From: Macrostomum hystrix
Taxonomy: Eukaryota; Animalia; Platyhelminthes
Length of the DNA: 64,000 nt
Assembly: GCA_950097015.1 (NCBI GenBank)
Contig: CATNEN010000038.1
Span: forward strand, 24,552,001-24,616,000
Reading direction: 5' to 3'
The notes under the pieces were generated by a model that had not been told where the DNA came from, ran no database searches, and worked only from the letters and a program-made list of their open reading frames with translations. The translations under genes and the position numbers were made by a program. This document shows, one piece after another, positions 1-12,200 of this stretch. Within the stretch, counting starts at the first letter, position 1. The number at the start of each line of letters is the position of its first letter.

Positions 1-496
1 TATGACCACTGATATTATCTATGACCATCAAATCCAGTTGATGACTAGTTTTCGTGTTCTAGCTATGTTAAATTTAATACGTGCTGTAGTATATTTCAAT
101 TTTCAATTTGATGTATGTCTAATGCGACCTAGTTCTCTATAAACATCATAAAATACGACAGATGACTAACAACGCAAGATAGTGTTTGATAGTTTTGTTA
201 TCTCGTCAATTTAACTAGAATATGTGTCCGCAGAAAAAGTTCAACTGATTGCCCCCAAACAGTGTTTCTTCTCTCCCATCTCTGATGGTAAAGACAGCAA
301 TTATTCCCCCCAACACGCGAACCCCTGAATGTTCCAGGGCTAAACGGCAATCAGAGGATATTGTTTATGTCGTTCCACACCTGAAGCTTGAGAAAATTGC
401 TTCAGGTTTCCCGTCAGATGGCTAAGCCTTTGGGCGACGGAAAACTGACAATTTCTGAAATCATCAGAGCGCATACCTTCCAAACCTTCAACACTT

Positions 497-1107
497 ACTC
501 TGTCTAACACATGGCTGCTCTGTCTAACACATGGCTGCTCTGTCTAACACCTAACTGCTCTGTCTAACACCTGGCTGCTCTGTCTAACACATAGCTGCTC
601 TGTCTAACACCTAACTGCTCTGTCTAACACCTGGCTGCTCTGTCTAACACCTGGCTGCTCTGTCTAACACCTAACTGCTCTGTCTAACACCTGGCTGCTC
701 TGTCTAACAACTATCTGCTCTGTCTAACACCTGGTGATCAAGGTCTTCTTAAAGACAGGGTGTCCAACAGACAGGGTGTCCAACAAACAGGGTGTCTAAA
801 AGACAGTGTCTAACAGAAATGGTGTCTTAAAGACAGGGTGTCCAACAGACAGGGTGTCTAAAAGACAGGGTGTCCAACAGACAGGGTGTCCAACAGACAG
901 AGTGTCCAACAGACAGGGTGTCTAAAAGACAGTGTGTCTAACAGAAATGGTGTCTTAAAGACAGGGTGTCCAACAGACAGAATATATGAGACACAGGGTG
1001 TCTAACAGACAGAATATATGAGACACAGGGTGTCTAACAGACAGAATATATGAGACACAGGGTGTCTAACAGACAGAATATATGAGACACAGGGTGTCTA
1101 ACAGACT
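497..1107. repeat. Two adjacent minisatellites upstream of Hmx: 20-bp CTGCTCTGTCTAACACCTGG, then AGACAGGGTGTCYAAC-based units
   Basis: Tandem units read directly at ~497-735 and ~752-1107. Confidence 0.9.
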
Positions 1108-1485
1108 TGTACAACTTTTCCAACAAATACTTTGCGCAGCTGTGACGCAAGCCTTAGATTTGTTCGATTATGCTTGCTGACGCACTAAATATTGATGGTG
1201 GGAGGATTCTGGTGCAATCATCCAGGTATTACTGAGCAATTCAACACAAACAGTTGTTCCAATAATTATTGAGCAATTCGGACTGCTCAATTGATTGGCA
1301 AATCGAGTCTAGGAATCAGTTGGAGATTGGGCAGAGATTGGGTGGGAGACTGCCTCAGCTGACCAATACCTTTGAGGGTACAGGTAGTGAGTCTTCCAGG
1401 CCAGTTTTGCGATCAAATAAATCCACTCGGAGCTATCCAGCAGAACAGAAGAAAATAATTTGCTACAAACTGAAACTGAAAAACA

Positions 1486-3665
1486 ATGCAAGCCAACTCT
1501 ACCAGCAACTGTGGTACTGGAGGCGGTCAGTCTGCTAAGAAATTGGCGTTCAGCATTAGTCGAATTCTGAATCTACCGACTAATAATGAGCAGCAACTGT
1601 CTGTTAACACGCCGACAATAGAGCATCAACCTTCAGGGACGTCTGCGCCATCAACTTCGCTTCTGGCCTGGCTGTCTCAGCTGCCGAATCACGCTGTCAC
1701 AGTCCAGCATTCACTAACTGGCATAGGTGGGTGAGCTTGAGCAGGACTTAGAATTTTAGGGATTTCAGATAAAAATGACTAGTTGATGTACAATTGAAGT
1801 TCATGATTCGCACTACCAACCCTAACCCTAACCCTAACCCTAACCCTAAACCTATCCATTGTAGAAGCGTACAACAACACCGCACATTCTGCGGTCGAAT
1901 ACTGCGATTACAATACTGGCTTGCCTATGTCCCAGCAGCAGCAGCAGCTGCAGCAGCTAGAGGTAAGCTATGGACAAAAGCTATGAGGTGTCAGTGAACT
2001 TTTACATGCCCCCATGCCTTTTCCAGTACACCACACACCTGTCTGACACACACTGTCTAGTAAAGGTTTAAACTGTCCAGTACACCAGGGTCACAGTGTC
2101 CAGTACACCAGGGTCACACTGTCCAGTACACCAGGGTCACACTGGCCAGTACACCAGGGTCACACTGTCCAGTACACCACACGCCTGTCTAACACACACT
2201 GTCTAGTAAAGGTTTAAACTGTCCAGTACACCAGGGTCACACTGTCCAGTACACCAGGGTCACACTGTCCAGTACACCAGGGTCACACTGGCCAGTACAC
2301 CAGGGTCACACTGTCCAGCACACCAGGGTCACACTGTCCAACACACCAGAGTCACAGTATCCAGTACACCAGGGTCACACTGTCCAACACACCAGAGTCA
2401 CAGTATCCAGTACACCAGGGTCACACTGTCCAGTACACCAGGGTCACAGTGTCCAGTACACCAGGGTCACAGTGTCCAGTACACCTGCAGGGTCACACTG
2501 TCCAGTACACCAGGGTCACACTGGCCAGTACACCAGGGTCACACTGTCCAGCACACCAGGGTCACACTGTCCAACACACCAGAGTCACAGTATCCAGTAC
2601 ACCAGGGTCACACTGTCCAACACACCAGAGTCACAGTATCCAGTACACCAGGGTCACACTGTCCAGTACACCAGGTTCACAGTGTCCAGTACACCAGGGT
2701 CACAGTGTCCAGTACACCAGGGTCACACTGTCCAGTACACCAGGGTCACACTGTCCAGTACACCAGGGTCACAGTGTCCAGTACACCAGGGTCACACTGT
2801 CCAGTACACCAGGGTCACAGTGTCCAGTACACCAGGGTCACAGTGTCCAGTACACCTGCAGGGTCACACTGTCCAGTACACCAGGTTCACAGTGTCCAGT
2901 ACACCAGGGTCACACTGTCCAGTACACCAGGGTCACACTGTCCAGCACACCAGGGTCACACTGTCCAGCACACCAGGTGACCATCGTTATCAGTTTTTTC
3001 TAAGTACCTCCAAACTTCCGTAGCAGCAGCAGCTGCATCGGCAACAGTCTGAAAGCGTCGAAGAGACAATGCAAGATAACTGCAGTGACGTCAGCGTCGA
3101 GGACACTGATGGTCGCAACTTCGAAGGCAACGAGCCGAGGTCCGGAGCCGCTGGCGCTGCCAGCGCGGCGACAAGTTCAGTCAACCACCAAAGGCAGCCG
3201 CCATCTTCGCGGAAGAAAAAGACTCGTACAGTGTTCTCGAGGTCGCAGGTGTACCAACTGGAGGCCACCTTCGATCTGAAGCGCTATTTGTCCAGCTCCG
3301 AGAGGTGCGGCCTGGCGCACTCTCTGCAGCTGACTGAGACGCAGGTGAAAATCTGGTTTCAAAACAGGCGTAACAAATGGAAGCGCCAGTTAGCCACAGA
3401 TATGGAGGCTGCCAGTCAGTTGGCCGTAAACTTTGTAGCAGCTCAGAGATCGCTACAGATTCCAACTATGCCGATGATTAGTTTTCATCATCAGAATCGT
3501 TCGCAGCAGCAGCAGCAGCAGCAGCAGCAAGAGCTTGAATCGGACGTAGCCGAAAATGAAAATAAGATCGCTAAAGGCAGCAGTAACGGCGGCAGCAGCA
3601 GCGGCGTTAGTCGCGAAGGCGCCAAATTTTGCAGCAGCAGTGGCAGCGGCAGTACTCACAATTAA
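1486..3665 (+). CDS. Hmx: Hmx/NK5-family homeobox transcription factor, 3 exons, ~326 aa
   Basis: Exons 1486-1726, 1865-1962, 3024-3665 (GT-AG, phases 1 and 0, 981 nt). N-terminal eh1/TN motif FSISRIL. Homeodomain [32 protein letters not shown]...[14 protein letters not shown] followed by the Hmx-type LATDMEAA motif. Confidence 0.92.
1818..1847 (-). repeat. Interstitial telomeric repeat (TTAGGG)5 in Hmx intron 1
   Basis: (AACCCT)5 on the + strand. Confidence 0.9.
2023..2977. repeat. 23-bp minisatellite CCAGTACACCAGGGTCACACTGT filling Hmx intron 2
   Basis: Tandem units; accounts for ORFs 2449, 2472 and 2705. Confidence 0.95.
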
Positions 3666-4581
3666 CAGTGACAATTAAAATACTGAATTGGCTCCACTCC
3701 ATTCTGACTACTTTTTGTGTTTAATAGAAGGAGAAATCTAAAAAATCCTAATTCACCTCACCGTTGTGTTTTTTCAGCCGTTTGTTTAATTAACACCCCA
3801 GAAAAATTGAGCACCTGAGGCTCTCCTGCCTGACACTCGCGTCTTAGAGTGCAACTTTAATTAGATCTTTTCTCACATTTACTAAGAGCCACTATAGTTA
3901 TCTAGACTACAGTTCGGAAGATGATCTGAAGAATTCTCATATTCCTTTGATTTTTTAAGACCAATTTTTCGTTTATTTGGTAGCTTTAATTTTTATTATT
4001 TTCCGGGTTTGATAACGAACTTTTGAGTTCAAACTTTTGCCGGATTTATTTCAGTGCAGAACTTTTTGCTTTTTAAGCATGATTTTTTGTTTTACTCCTT
4101 TTCAAATGCAATTTTCCTTCTGTTGCTCAGCACAACTTGTGAATACATTATTCGTTTTTTCTTTTGGATTGTTTTTTAATTGCTTTCTGTGTACTTTATC
4201 AGCAGTTTTCGTATCGTACAGTAAATTCAGTAAGTATTACGGTTTCTACAACTATTTGACTTTTCCAGCTTCTACGTTTGTGAAACACGGTTTACCTACT
4301 CAATAACAATATTCTTATTCACAAACAGATTTATATTTTCACAGAAGGTTTTCAAGTTGCTTTTCAATAAATGTGTATGTGCGTGCGTCCCCTCTTCACC
4401 GTGCTGCTTTGGTGACACAAAGCGACCTCATTATTGTTGAACTTCACGAATATCCCCAGTTTGTGAAATAAATGTAATGAGAAAAGAAACACTAAAACTA
4501 TCATATAACCTTCTTAGGCCTACTAAAATGCCTTATAACTAAATAATTTTCGCTAATCTCCGTTTGTTCTCCAAGGCCAAG

Positions 4582-4806
4582 GCTCACTCTGCCTAGCACT
4601 CCAAGCTCACTCTGCCTAGCACTCCAAGCTCACTCTGCCTAGCACTCCAAGCTAACTCTGCCTAGCACTCCAAGCTCACACTGCCTAGCACTCCAAGCTC
4701 ACTCTGCATAGCACTCCAAGCTCACTCTGCCTAGCACTCCAAGCTCACTCTGCCTAGCACTCCAAGCTCACACTGCCTAGCACTCCAGGGCCACACTGCC
4801 TAGCAC
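4582..4806. repeat. 23-bp minisatellite CTCTGCCTAGCACTCCAAGCTCA
   Basis: About 10 tandem units. Confidence 0.9.
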
Positions 4807-5182
4807 TGAAAGCAGTCAGGTCATAATTCCGTCAATCAGGCAGTAACTATAGCAGATTTTAAAAAATTAGCAAAGACTAGTCGATTGTCATTGCCGCAGC
4901 TGTTCGGCTTTGACGCAAGCATAAATTATTTGGAATAATTTTACCGATGCCAGCACCAACAATTAGTTCCATGCGTCTGAAATTGATTTTCTGTGCTTGC
5001 TTTAGCAGCCTGGACAAGGCCCAAATTGCACGTTAGCAATGATGATCATTGCAGCATCAGGTGCATTCGCTTTAATCGTCTAAACAACCTGGTCGAAACA
5101 GATGGTCGAATAGGGCTAGGAAGGAGATGAGATGAAAGAGAAAAAAGACCAGGGGGTAAGATTAGTGAAGAGAATAAGATAC

Positions 5183-5745
5183 AAGAGTGAGATTAGATTT
5201 GAGACTGGAGAGAAAAAGTTAAGACACACTAGTGAGATTAGAGATGAGACGGGAGAGAAGAAACTAAGACACACTAGTGAGATAAGAGATGAGACTGGAG
5301 AGAACGAGAGTGAGATTAGAGATGAGACGGGAGAGAAGAAACTAAGACACACTAGTGAGATAAGAGATGAGACTGGAGAGAACGAGAGTGAGATTAGAGA
5401 TGAGACGGGAGAGAAGAAACTAAGACACACTAGTGAGATAAGAGATGAGACTGGAGAGAACGAGAGTGAGATTAGAGATGAGACGGGAGAGAAGAAACTA
5501 AGACACACTAGTGAGATAAGAGATGAGACTGGAGAGAACGAGAGTGAGATTAGAGATGAGACGGGAGAGAAGAAACTAAGACACGCTAGTGAGATAAGAG
5601 ATGAGACTGGAGAGAACGAGAGTGAGATTAGAGATGAGACTGGAGAGAAGAGAATCTGAGTGAGATTAGAGATTAGATTAGAGGAAAGAGAACGGGAGTG
5701 AGATTAGAGAATATCACACATTAGTGAGATTAGAGATGAGACTGG
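5183..5745. repeat. Composite ~78-bp (33+45) purine-rich minisatellite
   Basis: Recurring AGTGAGATWAGAGATGAGACKGGAGAGAA core; accounts for ORFs 5116 and 5132. Confidence 0.9.
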
Positions 5746-6565
5746 CAGAGATAATAGCAAGAAGAATGGAGGGGATGAATTAAGAAAGAATATATTTATT
5801 TTCGCACAGAATTCACATTTAGAAGTTGTAAATAGATCCTAGACACTGAGGCGCGTCACTTTAACCCCCCAGGTGAGCTTGGCTGAAAGCTGACGACAGC
5901 TCACAATTTGCAGCCGTGCCAGTGACAGACTCCACTTAATCGACGAAGCCTTACAGACAGGGAGAGAAGAGGGAAAAACAGAATCGGATTTAAGCGGTTG
6001 GGACAACATTTAGCTACCTGGGGAGCTATAAACCCCACGCCCAAGCCATCAGTATCAGATTAAGTTAAGTCGTTTCGGGCGGGACATCTCAGCAGCATAA
6101 TTGAGGGGATGCCCAAACCCAAATTTTGTTCGAGTGCGTTCTTCAGCAGGGTCGCGACAGGAGAGACAGGTAAAAAAGGACCAAGAACTAGACTAGGCAC
6201 GGGCTGTTAAGCTTTTAATGATAAGGCGAACCTGCAGCGGCGGTGGGGTGGGCGCCGTGTTGGCAGCACTTATGACTAAATCGCAGCGATTTGGTAAAGC
6301 AGTCCCAGGAGGCGGAGCGACTTAGCCATAGCTTTAAGCTTCTTTCCAGAGAGCTCCGAAATGCTCCATTCTGCACCGCTTCTGGCATCATGGGAATCGG
6401 TCTGCCAGATTATAATAGCTGGCTAGCAGTGCCTGACCACTGCCATCACGGCTGCCGGTACATGTACAGGCCTGTGGCTGAGTGAGTTTTATAATAATAG
6501 TTAAAAACTAATTTTCAAGTCCACTGTTTGCCGCTTCGGTGATATAAAATGATTATGGCTTTTTT

Positions 6566-8002
6566 GGGCAGTCATTTCACACCTGTTATCTTCTGATTGG
6601 GCAGTCATTTCACACCTGTTATCTTCTGATTGGGCAGTCATTTCACACCTGTTATCTTCTGATTGGGCAGTCATTTCACACCTGTTATCTTCTGATTGGG
6701 CAGTCTTTTCACACCTGTTATCTTCTGATTGGGCAGTCATTTCACACCTGTTATCTTCTGATTGGGCAGTCATTTCACACCTGTTATCTTCTGATTGGGC
6801 AGTCATTTCACACCTGTTATCTTCTGATTGGGCAGTCATTTCACACCTGTTATCTTCTGATTGGGCAGTCATTTCACACCTGTTATCTTCTGATTGGGCA
6901 GTCATTTCATACCTGTTATCTTCTGATTTGGCAGTCTTTTGACACCTGTTATCTTCTGATTGGGCAGTCTTTTGACACCTGTTATCTTCTGATTGGGCAG
7001 TCATTTCACACCTGTTATCTTCTGATTGGGCAGTCATTTCACACCTGTTATCTTCTGATTGGGCAGTCATTTCACACCTGTTATCTTCTGATTGGGCAGT
7101 CATTTCACACCTGTTATCTTCTGATTGGGCAGTCATTTCACACCTGTTATCTTCTGATTGGGCAGTCATTTCACACCTGTTATCTTCTGATTGGGCAGTC
7201 TTTTCACACCTGTTATCTTCTGATTGGGCAGTCTTTTGACACCTGTTATCTTCTGATTGGGCAGTCTTTTGACACCTGTTATCTTCTGATTGGGCAGTCT
7301 TTTGACACCTGTTATCTTCTGATTGGGCAGTCTTTTGACACCTGTTATCTTCTGATTGGGCAGTCATTTCACACCTGTTATCTTCTGATTGGGCAGTCAT
7401 TTCACACCTGTTATCTTCTGATTGGGCAGTCATTTCACACCTGTTATCTTCTGATTGGGCAGTCATTTCACACCTGTTATCTTCTGATTGGGCAGTCATT
7501 TCACACCTGTTATCTTCTGATTGGGCAGTCATTTCACACCTGTTATCTTCTGATTGGGCAGTCATTTCACACCTGTTATCTTCTGATTGGGCAGTCATTT
7601 CACACCTGTTATCTTCTGATTGGGCAGTCATTTCACACCTGTTATCTTCTGATTGGGCAGTCTTTTGACACCTGTTATCTTCTGATTGGGCAGTCTTTTG
7701 ACACCTGTTATCTTCTGATTGGGCAGTCATTTCACACCTGTTATCTTCTGATTGGGCAGTCTTTTGACACCTGTTATCTTCTAATTGGGCAGTCTTTTGA
7801 CACCTGTTATCTTCTGATTGGGCAGTCTTTTGACACCTGTTATCTTCTGATTGGGCAGTTTTTTGACACCTGTTATCTTCTGATTGGGCAGTCTTTTGAC
7901 ACCTGTTATCTTCTGATTGGGCAGTTTTTTGACACCTGTTATCTTCTGATTGGGCAGTCTTTTGACACCTGTTATCTTCTGATTGGGCAGTCAATTCACA
8001 CC
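6566..8002. repeat. 33-bp minisatellite GGGCAGTCATTTCACACCTGTTATCTTCTGATT, ~43 copies
   Basis: Head-to-tail units with two main variants (CATTTCA and CTTTTGA); no spacers. Confidence 0.97.
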
Positions 8003-8259
8003 TTAATAATATAATAATAATAATTGCAGGAGGGCTGCGGGCAGTGGCACATCATTTGGTGACACTAGACCCGCAGCCTGAGCATACACTCACACAGGTG
8101 TGTATATCAGCCCTGACTTTCTCATCGTCAGGCAGTGTACACTTCAATATGCCTTGGAGGTTGGCCCTCAAGGGCGCAGATTGCACGACAAGCCCTCAAG
8201 CCTTCTCTCCGCGGCTGCGCCCCGGATGAATGTGGCCTCGGAGCGGGCACATCACCCCC
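8003..8259 (-). mobile_element. tRNA-derived SINE family B, internally deleted copy
   Basis: Reverse complement matches 61849-62218 (GGGGGTGA start, GAGGCCACATTC, CACTGCCTGACGA, GCGGGTCTAGTGTCACCAAATGATGTGC) and ends in an (ATT)n tail. Confidence 0.75.
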
Positions 8260-9029
8260 TATTAAGAGTTTGAAAATACAAAGCTTCTAATAATTTACGG
8301 ACTGGAAATAAAAACAGCAGTGCCTCGTAATCAATCAAAAACTCATCTAAAGCACTGATCAATAATGATGTATTGTAGTTTGAAAATTTTTCTTGAGCAC
8401 AAGAAAATGAACTTATTTAGAGGACTGAAATGAAGTCTGAACTAAACTGTCTGAAGCAACAGTTTCAAAATTATTGGCCAATGAACACTGATGTTACAAA
8501 CACATACAGCTATATACACAGGCAGTAATATACTCATACTAGTGAATTTCACCGATAAGAGTATTAGAGAATGAATCCATCCATTGTCTGCGCAAGGCAG
8601 TATTTTGATTGATTTTAGTGATATAATCATTAACAAAAATACTAGCTTGGCTAATTTAAGTAGTATTTAACGCGCTCACAAAAACTTACAGAAAAAAAGA
8701 AGAGAAGAGAATATTGAGCACACGTGAATATATATTGAAAGCGAAAATTGATTCTAATCAGCAATAAATTAATCCATAAATTGTTACTGCTGAATCATAG
8801 TTTATACACGAATAGGCAATTATATATAAAATATTAGAAGACTACATGAAGATCATAGATTTGTGAGATCATAGTAAAAACCATGACGAAATGTAAAGAT
8901 GTGCCAACAAATTTTCTATACGCAAACTATTTTTTAATAATAAATTATAGGACCAAAAAAACTTATCACGGGGTTCAATTCCTTTTATGCACGATTCACA
9001 CAACTTAGTATTTGGTATGGCATCTCAAA

Positions 9030-9221
9030 ATATGGGATCTGAACTCTAGATCATAGGATCTGAACTCTAGATCATGGGATCTGAACTCTAGATCATGGGA
9101 TCTGAGCTCTAGATCATGGGATCTGAACTCTAGATCATGGGATCTGAACTCTAGATCATGGGATCTGAACTCTAGATCATAGGATCTGAACTCTAGATTA
9201 TGGGATCTGAACTCTAGATCA
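9030..9221. repeat. 21-bp minisatellite GGGATCTGAACTCTAGATCAT just 3' of the MIOS stop
   Basis: About 9 tandem units. Confidence 0.9.
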
Positions 9222-9290
9222 TTAAATGTCCTTGAAAAATAATTAAAATTGAGCAGAGTACCGGCCAGTTCCAATATTTGAGTCCAGGAC

Positions 9291-12200
9291 TCAGGCGCAA
9301 TTGCACTTGCAGCCAGTCACGGGGCAGACGGCATTGCTACAAAACCATTCTCGCAGGTGCTGAGCATGACCGCCGTGTCGGCAGGACTGGCACCAGACGA
9401 ACCAGGAGGCCACAGGCGAGCCAGCCGCGGCGGAGTCGGGCACCTCGGCGCCAAGGTGCATGAGGCAGATTTCGCATCGAGGCAGAGCCTTCTTGCAGCT
9501 CATGCAGGCTGTGTTCTTGCTCTTCAGCATGGCAACGGCGCCCCCGGCCGCGGCCTCTCCAGATCCTCCACCGCCTCCGCCTCCACCACCACCGCCCGAC
9601 GGTCGCATGCGCTGAGGTACGGCACTTCCGCCGCCACCGACATTGCCGCCAATTTTAGGCGTCAACAGGTGATTAATGCGCTTGCCGCAGAATTTGCATT
9701 GCACCTGGATTGCGGGTGACGCAATGGGATTAAAACCCAACCTATCATTTGCCTGGCTACTCAATCACTTGCCTGCCTACTCAATCACTTGCCTGCCTAC
9801 TCAATCACTTGCCTGCCTACTCAATCACTTGCCTGCCTACTCAATCACTTGCCTGCCTACTCAATCACTTGCCTGCCTACTCAATCAATTGCCTGCCTAC
9901 TCAATCACTTGCCTGCCTACTCAATGACTTGCCTGCCTACTCAATGACTTGCCTGCCTGCTCAATGACTTGCCTGCCTACTCAATCACTTGCCTGCCTAC
10001 TCAATCACTTGCCTGCCTACTCAATCACTTGCCTGCCTACTCAATCACTTGCCTGCCTACTCAATCACTTGCCTGCCTACTCAATCACTTGCCTGCCTAC
10101 TCAATCACTTGCCTGCCTACTCAATCACTTGCCTGCCTACTCAATCACTAGCTTGCCTACTCAATCACTTGCCTGCCTACTCAATCACTTGCCTGCCTAC
10201 TCAATCACTAGCTTGCCTACTCAATCTGTAGCCTGCCTACTCAATCACTTGCCTGTCTACTCAATCTGTAGCTTGCCTACTCAATCTGTAGCTTGTATAC
10301 TCAATCTGTAGCTTGCCTATTCAATATGTAGCTTGTCTACTCAATAACTAGTATGCCTACTCAATCTGTAGCTAGCCCGCTTAATCCGCAGCCTCCCCAT
10401 CCAACCCCCAGCCTACACAGCCAATCCCCAGCCTACACAGCCAATCCCCAGCCTACACAGCCAATCCCCAGCCTACACAGCCAATCCCCAGCATACACAC
10501 CCAATCCCCAGCCTACACACCCAATCCCCAGCATACACACCCAATCCCCAGCATACACACCCAATCCCCAGCATACACACCCAATCCCCAGCCTACACAC
10601 CCAATCCCCAGCCTACACACCCAATCCCCAGCATACACACCCAATCCCCAGCATACACACCCAATCCCCAGCATACACACCCAATCCCCAGCCTACACAC
10701 CCAATCCCCAGCATACACACCCAATCCCCAGCATACACACCCAATCCCCAGCCTACACACCCAATCCCCAGCATACACGCCCAATCCCCAGCATACACAC
10801 CCAATCCCCAGCATACACACCCAATCCCCAGCATACACACCCAATCCCCAGCATACACACCCAATCCCCAGCATACACACCCAATCCCCAGCATACACAC
10901 CCAATCCCCAGCATACACACCCAATCCCCAGCCTACACACCTAATCCCCAGCCTACACACACAATCCCCAGCCCACCTGCACTGAAGTCTGATGTGAAGG
11001 CTGTTCCTGTCTAGGCAGTAGGCGTCGGACCATTAAATCGAAGAGCGCCCTCTGCTCAAACAGCTGCCAGGTGTTGAGCAACTCCCTGTAGACTGTCAAC
11101 CAGTGCTGAGCAGAGCCGCTAAGAGTTAGGCCGCAATGATGTCCGATGGCTACACAGAGAATTAAGGCGCTCTGCAAATCGCCAGATCTGTCTAAGAACG
11201 CCTGCAGTAAGGCCATTGTGTCGTCATTGAAATTCACTCCGGTTAATAACAGGGCCTCTAGCCTGCCCTGTCTTGTTAGCTTGCCATTTAGCCAGGTTAG
11301 GAATTCCATTAATAGCTTATCAGAGAAATAGATTGCAGCGAATGTGATCCTATCTTCCAGATCCATTTGCTTCTCTGCAATGCCGGCGGTGGGAAAACTA
11401 AAAACTATAAGCTTTTCGATTGAGCGATTTCTAAGCACCACGCTGAACTTTTGATATAACAAATACATCCCTAACTAATCTCTATTCTACAGCCGAATCT
11501 AATATTTTCTAAACTAATCCATAGTCTACTCACCATAATCCCTATTCTACTCACCATAATCCCTATTCTACTCACCATAATCCCTATTCTACCCACCATA
11601 ATCCCTATTCTACCCACCATAATCCCTATTCTACTCACCATAATCCCTATTTTACTCACCATAATCCCTATTCTACTCACCATAATCCCTAATCTACTCA
11701 CCATAATCCCTATTCTACCCACCATAATCCCTATTCTACCCACCATAATCCCTATTCTACTCACCATAATACCTAATCTACTCACCATAATCCCTATTCT
11801 ACCCACCATAATCCCTATTCTACTCACCATAATCCCTATCTTACTCACCATAATCCCTATTCTACTCACCATAATCCCTAATCTACTCTCCATAATCCCT
11901 AATCTACTCACCATAATACCTAGTCTACTCACCATAATACCTAGTCTACTCACCATAATACCTAATCTACTCACCATAATACCTAATCGACTTACCATAA
12001 TCCCTAATCTACTCACCATAATACCTAGTCTACTCACCATAATACCTAATCTACTTACCATAATCCCTAGTCCACTCACCATAATTCCAAATATATTTCC
12101 CCATAACACCTAGTCTACTCACCACAATACCTAGTCTACTCACCATAATCCCTTATCTATTTCGCGATAATCACTAATCTACTCACCATAATACCTAATC

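Noticed and set aside
2449-3023. Three overlapping repeat ORFs
   Set aside because: Translations of the 23-bp intronic minisatellite of Hmx.
6501-7994. 497-aa repeat ORF, or a CRISPR-like 33-bp array
   Set aside because: Units are head-to-tail with no unique spacers and no cas genes. The ORF is a by-product of a stop-free unit divisible by 3 and has no unique domain.
9676-12109. Repeat ORFs (LPAYSIT, PAYTPNP, GIMVSR)
   Set aside because: MIOS intronic minisatellites; only 10977-11374 and the exon ending at 9704 are coding.
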